IMG/VR virus record: IMGVR_UViG_3300009703_000024
Coordinates: 1 to 53,170 of that record
Strand: one strand, 5' to 3'
Length of the DNA stretch: 53,170 nucleotides
From: a virus
Taxonomy: Duplodnaviria > Caudoviricetes
Shown: positions 20,442 through 30,471 of the stretch, in pieces
Layout: the number at the start of each line of letters is the position of its first letter
How positions within the stretch are numbered: the first letter of the stretch is position 1
Program-made: the position numbers and the translations under genes
The notes under the pieces: model-generated
Database searches by the model: none
Seen by the model: the letters and a program-made list of their open reading frames with translations, nothing else
Told to the model about the DNA's origin: nothing

Positions 20442-22313
20442 TTAACCGCCCATACCTGCTACAATTATACTTTCTTGGAATGGCACTAATAGTTTTTGTA
20501 CTTCGGCTTCTAATTTTTGGTGTTTATTACTTAAATCAACATTTTGTGTTCCTTCGGGGAATAATACAGAATAATCATCTGACATAATTATATCCATAAC
20601 TACCAATTTAGTACAAGCCTCACTGATAGATTTTTCGACATACCGTTCACCATAAATATAAGCCATTCTCAAAGAATGGTTCTCAAAGAATGGGTATTCA
20701 TTGTTGAATAAAATCATGCCATTTTCTTCAATGGACCACCATGATTTTTGCCGTTCTTCATCATTAATATCACACTTGAAACGAATTTGTAAAATTTCAG
20801 CATTTGCGGCATTCGTAATGTTTTGGTCAGAATCAAGAATAGCAATGGCTACATTAGTAGTAAAACTATTCACCATATCAGTTACTATGGTGAAAATATT
20901 ACCAACTCTTGAGCACAAAGCGACCCTATTAGTTGTACCATCAGACAAATAAACAACACTATGACCATTGACAAAGGTTGAACCATCTGCCACTACAAAT
21001 CCTGTTATTGTCGTGACGGTAGCAATTGTAAATGTAGCATTAGCACCACCTGTTGAAACTGTAATTGTGTCTCCTGTTGTATATCCCGTACCAGCCGCAT
21101 TAATCGCAAGAACAGTAATGACACCACCCACCTGTGTAACATCTACTGTTAGCCCTGTGCCTGTGCCACCAGTTGTGGCTACGCCCGTTCCTGTTGAATA
21201 CCCTGTTCCACCACCCACAAGAGTTATTGTAGCAGGGCTACCAACAAGTTCTGAAACAGTTGAAGAAACTGCCGTGTGGAGATTTCCAACGTAAGTCAAA
21301 CCAGTATTGTGTGTCACCGCTATTGTTGCGTTTTGCCCCCCTTCTGTGCTACGCATTGACGATATTTCCACTACACCATCACCCGCATCACTATTACCGA
21401 CCGCCAAAAATTCGTGATGCACATTAAGAGCAGCGGTTGAACTTGTGGGTGTTTCTGATGTTAATGAACCAATAGCAATAGCCGCTTTGTTAAATTCGGG
21501 GTCCAAATTAATTAAAGCGGCTAAATTATCAGCAGTTGATTTATGGTCAAATTCGGCTCGCCAATTGGTACTGGCTGACCCATCCGTTAAAGTAGCCGTT
21601 CCATTAGCACCGGGGCAAAGAATAACACTTTCACCCGATAATAACGTATGGTCACTAACTTTCAACCCAACACGAGCACAAGCCATCTCCCTGTAATAGT
21701 CACCCTGCCATGCACCCATTTTCAAAACCTGTTGAATAGCACCATGCTTAACGAACACAGCACCTACATAATCTGTATAGTATCGGCGTCTAAAAGGCTT
21801 AAAAGTAGTGAAATTGAGATATTCTTCGGCAACAATACGGGGTCTCCAAGCATGCCTAGTAACAGTATCGATGTAATCCTGTCTATTACGAATAAGAGTT
21901 TTAACATGACTTTTTTTAATTCCTCGTTCATTACTATTAGTAAATACACTTTGATTTTGCACATAAGCACTGTTGGCTGTGGTGAAAGACCCACTACCAG
22001 TACATACTAGGTATATTTGCCCACTAGAACCTACTGATGCGATAGAAGCAATAGTGTATGTAGTGCCAAGAGCAGTAACATCATCATAAACTAAAATAGT
22101 ATCTGCTACCTCAAACCCCCATCTTCGGTAGTTAGCACCCGTGATAGGGAATTTAATGCTACCACCATCAATGACACTGTTACCCGCCAATGCTACTGGG
22201 TCTGGTAAAGGTAGTTGTAAATATTCAGATACTAATTCAGTTGTGGTATAAATTAAATCATCAGGATAAAGGGGTTGACTTGGCCTATGACCCGGTGTAA
22301 ATGTGCGTGGCAT
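20442..22313 (-). CDS. Head-tail adaptor/connector with large insertions
   Basis: gp6/gp15-like termini (YTTTELVSEYL...; LRMAYIYG...ISEACTKLV...LLVPF) enclose several hundred residues of beta-rich insertion. Confidence 0.65.
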   Translation of the reverse strand: MPRTFTPGHRPSQPLYPDDLIYTTTELVSEYLQLPLPDPVALAGNSVIDGGSIKFPITGANYRRWGFEVADTILVYDDVTALGTTYTIASIASVGSSGQIYLVCTGSGSFTTANSAYVQNQSVFTNSNERGIKKSHVKTLIRNRQDYIDTVTRHAWRPRIVAEEYLNFTTFKPFRRRYYTDYVGAVFVKHGAIQQVLKMGAWQGDYYREMACARVGLKVSDHTLLSGESVILCPGANGTATLTDGSASTNWRAEFDHKSTADNLAALINLDPEFNKAAIAIGSLTSETPTSSTAALNVHHEFLAVGNSDAGDGVVEISSMRSTEGGQNATIAVTHNTGLTYVGNLHTAVSSTVSELVGSPATITLVGGGTGYSTGTGVATTGGTGTGLTVDVTQVGGVITVLAINAAGTGYTTGDTITVSTGGANATFTIATVTTITGFVVADGSTFVNGHSVVYLSDGTTNRVALCSRVGNIFTIVTDMVNSFTTNVAIAILDSDQNITNAANAEILQIRFKCDINDEERQKSWWSIEENGMILFNNEYPFFENHSLRMAYIYGERYVEKSISEACTKLVVMDIIMSDDYSVLFPEGTQNVDLSNKHQKLEAEVQKLLVPFQESIIVAGMGG

Positions 22314-22645
22314 TAAACCACCTTCCTACCCACGGAATGGTGACCTAAATTATAATCCATTGGACCAGAACATACTGCACATTTAGGGGTCCAACAAAAA
22401 TGCAAAGTGCCGCAACTTAAACATCTAGTACCCGAACCAATATTTTGAATATTTTTTCGCTCGTTGCCTTTGATGCGGATTCGTTTTGTTGTACTATCTT
22501 TCATATTCTCTTTTGAAAACGGGCTTTCAGTTTCCTTTACAGAAGATTTGCGCTTATTGGCAATTTCCGCCATACGCACTTTACGGCGTTTTTCAATGTC
22601 AAGCATTTCGCTTAAATCAATGGTTTCTATTTCCATTTGACCCAT
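22313..22645 (-). CDS. Basic protein with C-terminal zinc ribbon
   Basis: 110 aa with CLSCG...CAVCSG; GAGGTGA SD upstream. Confidence 0.7.
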   Translation of the reverse strand: MGQMEIETIDLSEMLDIEKRRKVRMAEIANKRKSSVKETESPFSKENMKDSTTKRIRIKGNERKNIQNIGSGTRCLSCGTLHFCWTPKCAVCSGPMDYNLGHHSVGRKVV

Positions 22646-22672
22646 GTGTTGTCACCTCGTAAGGCGACAACC

Positions 22673-23044
22673 TCAAGCCCTGCTGCCAGTAATGATTAAT
22701 TCCACACTTAGAAGTGAAAGGTCTGTTGTGGCGGCACATTCTACTAATGGGGCTTGTAAGGCATTAGCCGCAATATCAGCAGTTGGGGTTTGGTCGTTTA
22801 GAGCATTACCACTTTCGTACACCTTTAATGTCTTGTTGGTTGCATCATATCGAATGATGTGACCTGCGCTATCCATACCTGTCACTAGAACTGAATCCGG
22901 ATTTGCGATATAGGTTGTTGCGTCAAATGCTTCTCCACCTGTTGGATATGATGCGTCAAAAGCCACACTTACGAATGCGGTGATTTTACTACCACTTACA
23001 CTGTTTCTTTTCGTGTTAGTTACTGTCAATGCCATGTTACTCAT
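22673..23044 (-). CDS. Putative head decoration/minor structural protein
   Basis: 123 aa, beta-rich (FDASYPTGGE, YDATNKTLKVY), in the post-MCP block. Confidence 0.5.
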   Translation of the reverse strand: MSNMALTVTNTKRNSVSGSKITAFVSVAFDASYPTGGEAFDATTYIANPDSVLVTGMDSAGHIIRYDATNKTLKVYESGNALNDQTPTADIAANALQAPLVECAATTDLSLLSVELIITGSRA

Positions 23045-23054
23045 TTCTCCGGTT

Positions 23055-23080
23055 GTCGTTGTTATTTAATAGTGTTACCC
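23055..23080 (-). promoter_or_regulatory. Putative archaeal BRE/TATA promoter (GGGTAACACTATTAAATAAC)
   Basis: Intergenic TATTAAATA at 23063..23071, 20-30 nt upstream of the candidate starts. The same 9-mer lies upstream of the protease gene. Confidence 0.5.
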
Positions 23081-23620
23081 TCAATCATATACTATAACTA
23101 CGAATAGTGAACCTGTACCAGCGGTCCAAGCACTGGTTGTTGCGACCTTTATTTGCACCGTTCCGCATACCAATCCAGTCCACGGGGTGGGGTCGTCTAA
23201 CGCCACACCATTTACCGTACCTCCACCATTAACCACCAAATGATTTGCGTTTGCCGCTGTTCCATCACTGGTAGCACCACCTTCACTTGTTTGATAGTGA
23301 TATGGTAGCCCTGATGTGGATTTAAAATTAAGAGCAGTAATAGCCGTATGATAAGGATAAAGAGCAGGTGAAGTATGCCCATCAGTCAAATCTGCTGCAA
23401 GTAATTGAAAAGAGCCAGTATTTGTTCCCACCGCAACATCACAACGGGTAGCATCCACATAGATATTGTGAACCTTACCATTTAACTGCACATCAGCCGT
23501 TGCCGATGTGTTACCTGCCAAATCTGCTTGAGTAAACTCATAAACTAAACGATTTACACGAGTACGAGAACCATAGCGGCCTTCGCCGTCATTGATGCTG
23601 TTTGCGGTTATAGCCATCAT
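23081..23620 (-). CDS. Putative virion structural protein
   Basis: 179 aa, Thr/Ala/Gly beta-rich, in the post-MCP block; AGGTGA SD. Confidence 0.55.
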   Translation of the reverse strand: MMAITANSINDGEGRYGSRTRVNRLVYEFTQADLAGNTSATADVQLNGKVHNIYVDATRCDVAVGTNTGSFQLLAADLTDGHTSPALYPYHTAITALNFKSTSGLPYHYQTSEGGATSDGTAANANHLVVNGGGTVNGVALDDPTPWTGLVCGTVQIKVATTSAWTAGTGSLFVVIVYD

Positions 23621-24036
23621 TCATCACCTTCGGCTGAAAGTGCCTCGGCACGAGCCGTAAGGGATGCTCTTGTGGCGGTTCGAACTACGGTTTCGCCCCG
23701 TTCTCTAAACCATTTCATCATTTCCCCACGGGTCCATTCGGGGTCAAAGAGTATTTCTTCAACTTCTGGTTCCTCTTCAACCACTGGTTCCTCTTCGATT
23801 GGTAGTTCCTCTTCAACCACTTCTGGTTCCTCTTCAATAACATCAAGCATTTCTTTGTTAGATGGTGTTGATTTAAGACCTTGAACATCCCATTGAGGGA
23901 AACCCGGTTCTTTGAATTGTACTGCTAACTCATGTGGTATATCATCTCGTTCCATACCACGAGAAAATCCGTAAGTGCTACCCTCGTGTTGAAATTCAAC
24001 ATAAGGGCGAGTTCCAATATATTTCACTATTGTCAT
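23617..24036 (-). CDS. Acidic protein with C-terminal HeH/Rho-N-like helical motif
   Basis: Glu/Pro linker (EEEP repeats) followed by WTRGEMMKWFRERG...TRASLTARA. Confidence 0.55.
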   Translation of the reverse strand: MTIVKYIGTRPYVEFQHEGSTYGFSRGMERDDIPHELAVQFKEPGFPQWDVQGLKSTPSNKEMLDVIEEEPEVVEEELPIEEEPVVEEEPEVEEILFDPEWTRGEMMKWFRERGETVVRTATRASLTARAEALSAEGDE

Positions 24037-24058
24037 ATTCTCACTCTCCTATACCGAC

Positions 24059-24430
24059 TCAACGGTAAAGGATTGTGAGTCGGTGAGTATCACCAGCAGT
24101 GCCAGATGCTACTGTGAATTGCACTTCACCTGATACAATGGTTGGGATGGTTGGTTCCTCAAAGCCACCTGATAGGTTCTGAATACCGAGAATTGCGTAT
24201 GCACTTGAACCATTTACACCAGTAATTGTGGTGTCGTCAAAGTTTAGTTTTGTTAGTGTGCTTGCCGAAGTTACAATCAAATCCACAATCAATAGATTCA
24301 ATCCACCTTCTGCTGCGTTGCTACCAATTGGTGATTGAAGCCATGCTGTGCTTGCAGGGTCACTACCTGCCCACATTCTGGTATCTAATACTACTGCGCT
24401 TGTTCCTTGCGTAATGTTTGCTGTTGCCAT
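24059..24430 (-). CDS. Putative capsid decoration/minor capsid protein
   Basis: 123 aa, beta-rich, directly after the MCP; strong GGAGATGATG SD. Confidence 0.5.
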   Translation of the reverse strand: MATANITQGTSAVVLDTRMWAGSDPASTAWLQSPIGSNAAEGGLNLLIVDLIVTSASTLTKLNFDDTTITGVNGSSAYAILGIQNLSGGFEEPTIPTIVSGEVQFTVASGTAGDTHRLTILYR

Positions 24431-24463
24431 TTTTCATCATCTCCTATTTTTAATTCCTCATAT

Positions 24464-25615
24464 TCAACTCAAGTCACGAATCTTCCCACTTGCCTTAAAG
24501 AAAGTGCAAGCCAATTCTCCCATTGTATGGAATAATCCCATTTGACCTAGACGGTTGATACCGAATGGGTCACCTGTTTCAATTCCGGACTCGTGGTAAA
24601 GTGTAGGTTTTGCTGTTGTGAACCATAGATAATCAGTATCTAGGAAATACATACGACTTGAACCACCGCTTTCCTTGTGAACATCCTTTGATGGAATGAT
24701 TGGTACACCGTTGTAGGTTGCTACTACGAATCCACCTTGAAGGCCCGGAACACCCTTTACGCCATTGACGCCGGGTGTTACACGCTTCATTTCAACGAAT
24801 CGCTGTTGTGGCTGCAAGAGTTGTTGAATGGTCTCAATGGTATCATATCCAGTAAGGATAACCTTTGGCTGACCACCAGCCTCCCATACTTGTCGGAACA
24901 TTCCATCAAGTGTATTGAGAGTTAATGCTCTTTCTGCGCCTGTTGCACCTGCATCCACCTGTGCGTCATACCATGAAGCACTACCACTGCTGGCACGAGT
25001 TAGGTTGTAGATGTTGTGGTCTGTAAGTGCGCTTACATCACCGAATGCCGCTGTTTCCACGAAAGACGAGGAAGTAATGCGGTCAAGTGATTCAAAGTCG
25101 TTACCTGCTGGTGTATCAATGTCTGAAAGCAACATTTGGTTAATACCTTCACTGTGTGCCTTTGCCATTTCCATCTTCATAACTGCTCTTGCATCTCCAA
25201 GACCATCATCCTTGTCTGCCAAGAACATTGCTGTTTCTGACAAGTCAAAGGTGTTAGCGACTGTCTTTGGCTTGGTGCTGACATGAGCAAAGGTTGGCTT
25301 GGTTGTTTCTGGTAGTGTTGCATTTTCACCAACACCAGTTAGCGCACCCGGCTTTGCGGTTACGACTCTCCAACCACTCTTTTCCCACGGTTTCTTAGGT
25401 AGAATGCTAAAAGCATTAAACTCTTGATTAAGTTGGGACCAGACCTTTCGGCCAAAAATTGCTTGGTAAGTTCCTCCTGTGCTGCTCATCAAAGGCGCAT
25501 CTGCCTTCAATAAGTCTGTTCCTGAATACGCCCATGCGTTCTGGCCTGTGCCAGCCCCATAGTAAAGGCGTTCCATATCTTCAATTGTACGAATATATCC
25601 TGTGCTACCACTCAT
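24464..25615 (-). CDS. Major capsid protein (HK97 fold)
   Basis: 383 aa after the protease/scaffold. GENATLPET, DFESLDRI, TYNGVPIIPSKD and MYFLDTDYL fit archaeal tailed-virus MCPs. Strong SD. Confidence 0.9.
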   Translation of the reverse strand: MSGSTGYIRTIEDMERLYYGAGTGQNAWAYSGTDLLKADAPLMSSTGGTYQAIFGRKVWSQLNQEFNAFSILPKKPWEKSGWRVVTAKPGALTGVGENATLPETTKPTFAHVSTKPKTVANTFDLSETAMFLADKDDGLGDARAVMKMEMAKAHSEGINQMLLSDIDTPAGNDFESLDRITSSSFVETAAFGDVSALTDHNIYNLTRASSGSASWYDAQVDAGATGAERALTLNTLDGMFRQVWEAGGQPKVILTGYDTIETIQQLLQPQQRFVEMKRVTPGVNGVKGVPGLQGGFVVATYNGVPIIPSKDVHKESGGSSRMYFLDTDYLWFTTAKPTLYHESGIETGDPFGINRLGQMGLFHTMGELACTFFKASGKIRDLS

Positions 25616-25629
25616 TTAATCATCTCCTA

Positions 25630-26958
25630 TTATTCTATGTTCCCCTGCAAGGCTCTTTGGCCTAATTCTTCTAATGCTTTCCAACCATCGATTCCATTAC
25701 CTAAAGCGGCAAATTCATCGTGGGTTGGAACTCTTACATCCGATTGTGCTGGAACTGGAACTGCGGATTTTTGTATTTCCGCATTATCTGTGCGTAGTGA
25801 TTCAATTTCAGCCTTTAGTGCTGCAATTTGTGAGCCGTGGTCGTTTTCCTTTTGAATTGCCAACGCCTGTTGGGTTTCTGCTTCATAGCGGTCATTCCAT
25901 TCTTTCTCAACAAGTGCCTTTACTGCCTCTTCATCACGAATAGCAGAATAAGCACCGTAACCACGCTCAAGAGATTGTGGTGAAAGGTCAAGACCTTGCT
26001 TGATAACTTGTCGGTTACCTTGTGGTGCAGGGTTTTTCATACCTGCAACTTGCGGTTGCTTGATTACATACTTGTTAGATTTTGCATTAGGCAACTTTGG
26101 TGCAGAAGCGAGTGTTGCATCTTCACCACTACCAATCAAGTCGCCTTGACCACGGTGATTAAAGCCATGTGAACCATCAACACCAACCATGTAAGATTTT
26201 CCAAGACCAAAGTGGTCTCGTACTGAATTCAAATCAACACCCTGTTCATGTGCAAATTTTTCCAAACTGTCGATGTAAGCAATTGCCGCTTTCTCATCAA
26301 CATTCGTCTTTTCCACATGCGTAGTAGTTGGTTGTTCCTCCACTGCATCGTTTTCTTCCAATTTCTTTGTTATACGTGATAAAGCATCACGCACTTCGCT
26401 TAGGGTTTCTGTTCCATTTGTCATATCATCATCATCCATTTTTAGTAGTGTATATTGTGATTCGGGGTTAATACCCTTTTTGCACAGGGTAATCTCATGT
26501 AGTTCCATATCTGTAATTTCACGGTGTGAACCGTGTTCAGGTGTAGTCTTATTAATTCTGAAAAGTGCTTGACCACCGATGGAAAATGCTCGTAATTCGC
26601 CACTGCGAACCTGTTTTTGCACTTCACGGGCCTTTTCAATGTCATTGCGAATTTTACAAACAACGAATAAACCGTGGTCGTCAACTTCTGATTTCCAAAC
26701 TCGCCCTTCACTATCACTATAACTAGGGAGAACTTCACCAACTTGAATCCCACTGTGTGCTAATTGCACATTGCGGTATGCTTGATTCTCCATGAAGCCA
26801 TTAAATGCCTTTTTGAGTGCAGATACAGGGATTCTATCTCCCTGCTTATCCACCATATCAACACTAGCATAGCCCGCTATTACCAAATCTCCATTATTAT
26901 CTGACTTCAAAATAAAATCAGAACCAACGGCAGACCAAATAGCAGTAGCGGCTGTCAT
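25630..26958 (-). CDS. Prohead protease (HK97-type) fused to coiled-coil scaffold
   Basis: IAGYASVDMVDKQGDRI, VQLAHS, LRAFSIGG, ELHEITL...NP motifs, then a helical C-terminal half. Start placed at MTAATA (26958) rather than the ORF-track start. Confidence 0.9.
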   Translation of the reverse strand: MTAATAIWSAVGSDFILKSDNNGDLVIAGYASVDMVDKQGDRIPVSALKKAFNGFMENQAYRNVQLAHSGIQVGEVLPSYSDSEGRVWKSEVDDHGLFVVCKIRNDIEKAREVQKQVRSGELRAFSIGGQALFRINKTTPEHGSHREITDMELHEITLCKKGINPESQYTLLKMDDDDMTNGTETLSEVRDALSRITKKLEENDAVEEQPTTTHVEKTNVDEKAAIAYIDSLEKFAHEQGVDLNSVRDHFGLGKSYMVGVDGSHGFNHRGQGDLIGSGEDATLASAPKLPNAKSNKYVIKQPQVAGMKNPAPQGNRQVIKQGLDLSPQSLERGYGAYSAIRDEEAVKALVEKEWNDRYEAETQQALAIQKENDHGSQIAALKAEIESLRTDNAEIQKSAVPVPAQSDVRVPTHDEFAALGNGIDGWKALEELGQRALQGNIE

Positions 26959-26974
26959 TGTTTCGCTCAATTTT

Positions 26975-27000
26975 ATGTTTTTATATTTAATACTACTGTT
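26975..27000 (-). promoter_or_regulatory. Putative TATA promoter for the protease-MCP transcript
   Basis: TATTAAATATAAAAA about 30 nt upstream of ATG 26958 with no SD, compatible with a leaderless archaeal transcript. Confidence 0.55.
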
Positions 27001-30000
27001 GAGGGCTTGCCCCTTCAGGTGGCATTGGAGGCATCGGTGGTGGTGTCGGTTCTTCCTTAACAGGCACATTCACTTCTGCCTCTTCCTTTTCCTCTTGTGG
27101 TGTTTTCACAGGAAAACGCAAAGTTGCGTTAGAGCCTTCAATTTCAATCTCACCTTCAATTCCTTCACCCTCTTCATCAATTGTTTCTATTTTGATATGT
27201 TGTGGTTGTGGTGGCATACTACCATCTTGGGTTCGATATGGGTCAAACATTGGTGTTGCCTCTTCATCGGTTAGTTGTGTAGGGCCACGAGGCGCAGTAA
27301 GCATATCCATCATTCCAGACCACCCTCCACTTTGAACACTTCCAGTTACACGAGCAAGCGGGCTACCCATATTTTCAATTATTTCATCATCAATTGCTTC
27401 ATTGACAGACCACAAACCCTCTTCGGTTCGTTCTAAACCATATTCACCACCAAATTCTGTTAGCATTTCTTCTGTAAGGCCACTTATTTTGGCTTTCAAT
27501 TCCGCTGGTGTGAGTGATTCATTCATATCTGTCAATAATTTACGGGCATTAATTAGTAAATGTTGAGAATTAGATTCGTTACCTGCTGTATCTAATAATG
27601 CGGCACGAGTAAACACCATACTAGACTTAGTAGTAATAGTAGGTGGATAAAGACCCACTTGTGGTATATCGTACTTTAACAAATGTGTAGCAACTGGCCC
27701 CCACAACCCCACCTGCATTTTAGCATGAATAGCCAGTGGGCTATCTGGTATTATATTTTCAATGTTTAGGATTTCCCCATTCCAAGAGCCTTTTACTAAT
27801 AAGGGGGTGGTGTGACCAACATATTCCAATACAATATTACCATTGCGTGATGAAACATTGGGTATTGGGCCATTTATTTTAGTTATATCATCACCGTTTG
27901 GTGAAAACAATACCCAACGATGGTGTGTTTCTTTACCTTTAATGAAAGCCGAATTAGCATCACGAAGCCATGTTTGGTTTGTTTCAATAGAATCTATATT
28001 TTTTTGTAAGCCATCTCTATCGGTAAATTTACAATCAATAGGCATAGGGAATGAAACACCTTCATCAGTTTCATACATTGTTCGCAATATTTGTAGCCTA
28101 TCTTCTAATGGTTCCATGTGTATATCATCCCCCTTATGAACCAATAAGTCGATAGCCCTGAAATGTTTATCTTTCAAAACACCATCAAAAACACAATCAC
28201 CATCCTGTTTACGAATACTATCACGAACCTCACCGGGTAAACTAATGTCTTTACCTCGTGCGTTATGGGCCTTTATGTGACCACCTTGTTTAGTGATGTA
28301 AAGGCGTTTACCTTCTGGTTTACTTTGAACCACCCAATCTCCACTAAATCCTTTCAAATCATCCACTGAACTCAAATCATATATTGTGTGGGCAGGTTGT
28401 ACTATTTTTTCAAAGACCCCGGTTGGTTCATAATCATCCGATTTCCATAAGTCACCACTTAAAATTGGTGTATGGCCCCTCTCATTTGTAGCAAAAAGAG
28501 CAGGTATATCATTAATTTTAGGTTGCATTTGATGGTCTATGATGATAGGGTTTACTTTTTTGAGATGATTTTCGTGAACTGTTCGTTGTAATGTTTCAAA
28601 TGGTTTGTCTTTTACATCAAATTGTATTCCTTGTTCATCATTATTCCATTTATACGCAAGTGTAGCGGGCATTTTATGGCCCCAAGCATCCATATCTCCA
28701 GATAAATATACTGGTGGTGTTGTCGCCATAGAATTTGGATGAACTGGCCCAACTGGTACTTCTTGACTAACTAAACCGTCACCAACAAACTGTGGTGCAA
28801 TTGTTTGATGATTTGTATTCCCTCTCATCATCTGATAGTTGGCTGCTTGTGCTAACTGTTGCACATTACCACGAGCAATCGTATTTGCTCTAACATCAGT
28901 TGGGTCTATCGGGGTGAATAAGTTAGAGCCATACTTTTCCATTAGTGGTATTGACATATCTCTCATCATCCTACCTATATTTTCATCACTATTTTCATAA
29001 TGGTCGTTATGATAACTATGATATTCTTCATCTCCTGTGTGTCTTTCAGAACTTGAACCACCACGGGGCCAACCCATATCAGTATGGGCGTTTATCACAC
29101 GACCCAATGGATGAAGAGTAAGTGCTTCTGATGGTAAAATCATCCTACTACCATTACCCTTTATTTCGCTTGGGTGAACTTGGTGGTGATTCGCCACAGA
29201 CGACCAAAGACCCCTGCGCCGATTAAGAGAACGCACCCGTGGGTGGTCAGAATCAGATTCCCAACCAGTAGCGATTGCAGAACGATGTGGGTGGTTCAAA
29301 ATCCTTTCATCATTTGCGGTTTGAGGGAAAAAGGTTGAACCGCTACTGTGAAAACCATCACCACTATCACTTAATGGATGTTCTTTATTGTTCACCATCC
29401 CCATCAATTCATCACCAAGCCAACCACTAAAAGCCGCTGGATATGATTGTTTCAATACTTCGACCAGCGAACTACCATCTCGCCCCACACCCCCTCCATG
29501 TTGAAAGGGTTGCCAGTGATGATGTGTATGAGATGGTAATATCTCTTCATTATCATTAATATATGGAGATTTATAATGACCCAAACCCGATGGTGGTAAT
29601 TCTCCCGACACTGGCCCGTGTCTATCAGAAGGTCTTTTCCACCAATTTAATAATGGCATAAATCTTTCAAACCAATTGCGCTTTGCCCTCCCCCATGAAA
29701 TTCCAGTTTCGGGCGCAAAATCATTCATAATTTTTCTAGCATTGCCCTCTTGAGCATTTTCTGTTTGACCTAATTTTTTCAACATATCCATAAAAGATTC
29801 TCTTTGCTCAAAAGAATTCCATTCTAAACCAAATAAATTAGATAGTAAACCCATTTTTTCCCAATCTTGCATTTTATACTCTTTATACTCATCATCACCC
29901 AAAAAAGAATGCCTACCCTCTCGGTCGTCTTTGTATAATTGATGTTGGGTTTCGTGGGGTCTGCCCATTAATGCTTCAAATTCTTGTGGCATTATTCCCA

Positions 30001-30460
30001 ATCGTTCATTATTAGCCATTTGTTCAAGAACATTTCGACTATCCCATAAATGTTCAATGAAGTGTGGTTCACCCCATTGACTACCATGTAATAATGGCAT
30101 CGTGGGTAGTTCTCTTGAAAAGGGATGCCTCTTTCCAAACGCATTGTTTTCATCTGCTTGGGGCCAGTCTTGAGCATAAGTTGTCGCAAACTTACGTTGC
30201 CCTGCTAAAAAATCATCATAGGCATCTGGTAAACTTAAATTGGTAACTGGTGATGGGTTATCTATATTCCTCATTGAATATGATGATGGATTTTCCATAT
30301 TCATCATACCAAGTAAAGCGGTATCTTCCTTTTCAATCTCTTGACCACTTTCATAAAAATCCGCAAATGCCTTCAAATAAATATTAGAATCAAATGGGTG
30401 ATTCGTCACCAATGACTGAAAAGCATCGGTTCTTATTCTAATGAATTCTTCTTTATCCAT
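26993..30460 (-). CDS. Large head-module protein containing a degenerate ATP-dependent ligase/capping-enzyme nucleotidyltransferase domain
   Basis: WVVQSKPEGKR (motif I), CVFDGVL (III), FRAIDLL (IIIa) and PLEDRLQIL at about 27900..28400. Motifs IV/V are eroded. Long His/Pro-rich N-terminal region. Confidence 0.7.
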   Translation of the reverse strand: MDKEEFIRIRTDAFQSLVTNHPFDSNIYLKAFADFYESGQEIEKEDTALLGMMNMENPSSYSMRNIDNPSPVTNLSLPDAYDDFLAGQRKFATTYAQDWPQADENNAFGKRHPFSRELPTMPLLHGSQWGEPHFIEHLWDSRNVLEQMANNERLGIMPQEFEALMGRPHETQHQLYKDDREGRHSFLGDDEYKEYKMQDWEKMGLLSNLFGLEWNSFEQRESFMDMLKKLGQTENAQEGNARKIMNDFAPETGISWGRAKRNWFERFMPLLNWWKRPSDRHGPVSGELPPSGLGHYKSPYINDNEEILPSHTHHHWQPFQHGGGVGRDGSSLVEVLKQSYPAAFSGWLGDELMGMVNNKEHPLSDSGDGFHSSGSTFFPQTANDERILNHPHRSAIATGWESDSDHPRVRSLNRRRGLWSSVANHHQVHPSEIKGNGSRMILPSEALTLHPLGRVINAHTDMGWPRGGSSSERHTGDEEYHSYHNDHYENSDENIGRMMRDMSIPLMEKYGSNLFTPIDPTDVRANTIARGNVQQLAQAANYQMMRGNTNHQTIAPQFVGDGLVSQEVPVGPVHPNSMATTPPVYLSGDMDAWGHKMPATLAYKWNNDEQGIQFDVKDKPFETLQRTVHENHLKKVNPIIIDHQMQPKINDIPALFATNERGHTPILSGDLWKSDDYEPTGVFEKIVQPAHTIYDLSSVDDLKGFSGDWVVQSKPEGKRLYITKQGGHIKAHNARGKDISLPGEVRDSIRKQDGDCVFDGVLKDKHFRAIDLLVHKGDDIHMEPLEDRLQILRTMYETDEGVSFPMPIDCKFTDRDGLQKNIDSIETNQTWLRDANSAFIKGKETHHRWVLFSPNGDDITKINGPIPNVSSRNGNIVLEYVGHTTPLLVKGSWNGEILNIENIIPDSPLAIHAKMQVGLWGPVATHLLKYDIPQVGLYPPTITTKSSMVFTRAALLDTAGNESNSQHLLINARKLLTDMNESLTPAELKAKISGLTEEMLTEFGGEYGLERTEEGLWSVNEAIDDEIIENMGSPLARVTGSVQSGGWSGMMDMLTAPRGPTQLTDEEATPMFDPYRTQDGSMPPQPQHIKIETIDEEGEGIEGEIEIEGSNATLRFPVKTPQEEKEEAEVNVPVKEEPTPPPMPPMPPEGASPQQ

Positions 30461-30471
30461 TTTATCACCCC

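Noticed and set aside
26959-27069. N-terminal extension of the protease in the ORF track
   Set aside because: It overlaps the upstream gene and spans a TATA-like element; MTAATA at 26958 is the better start.
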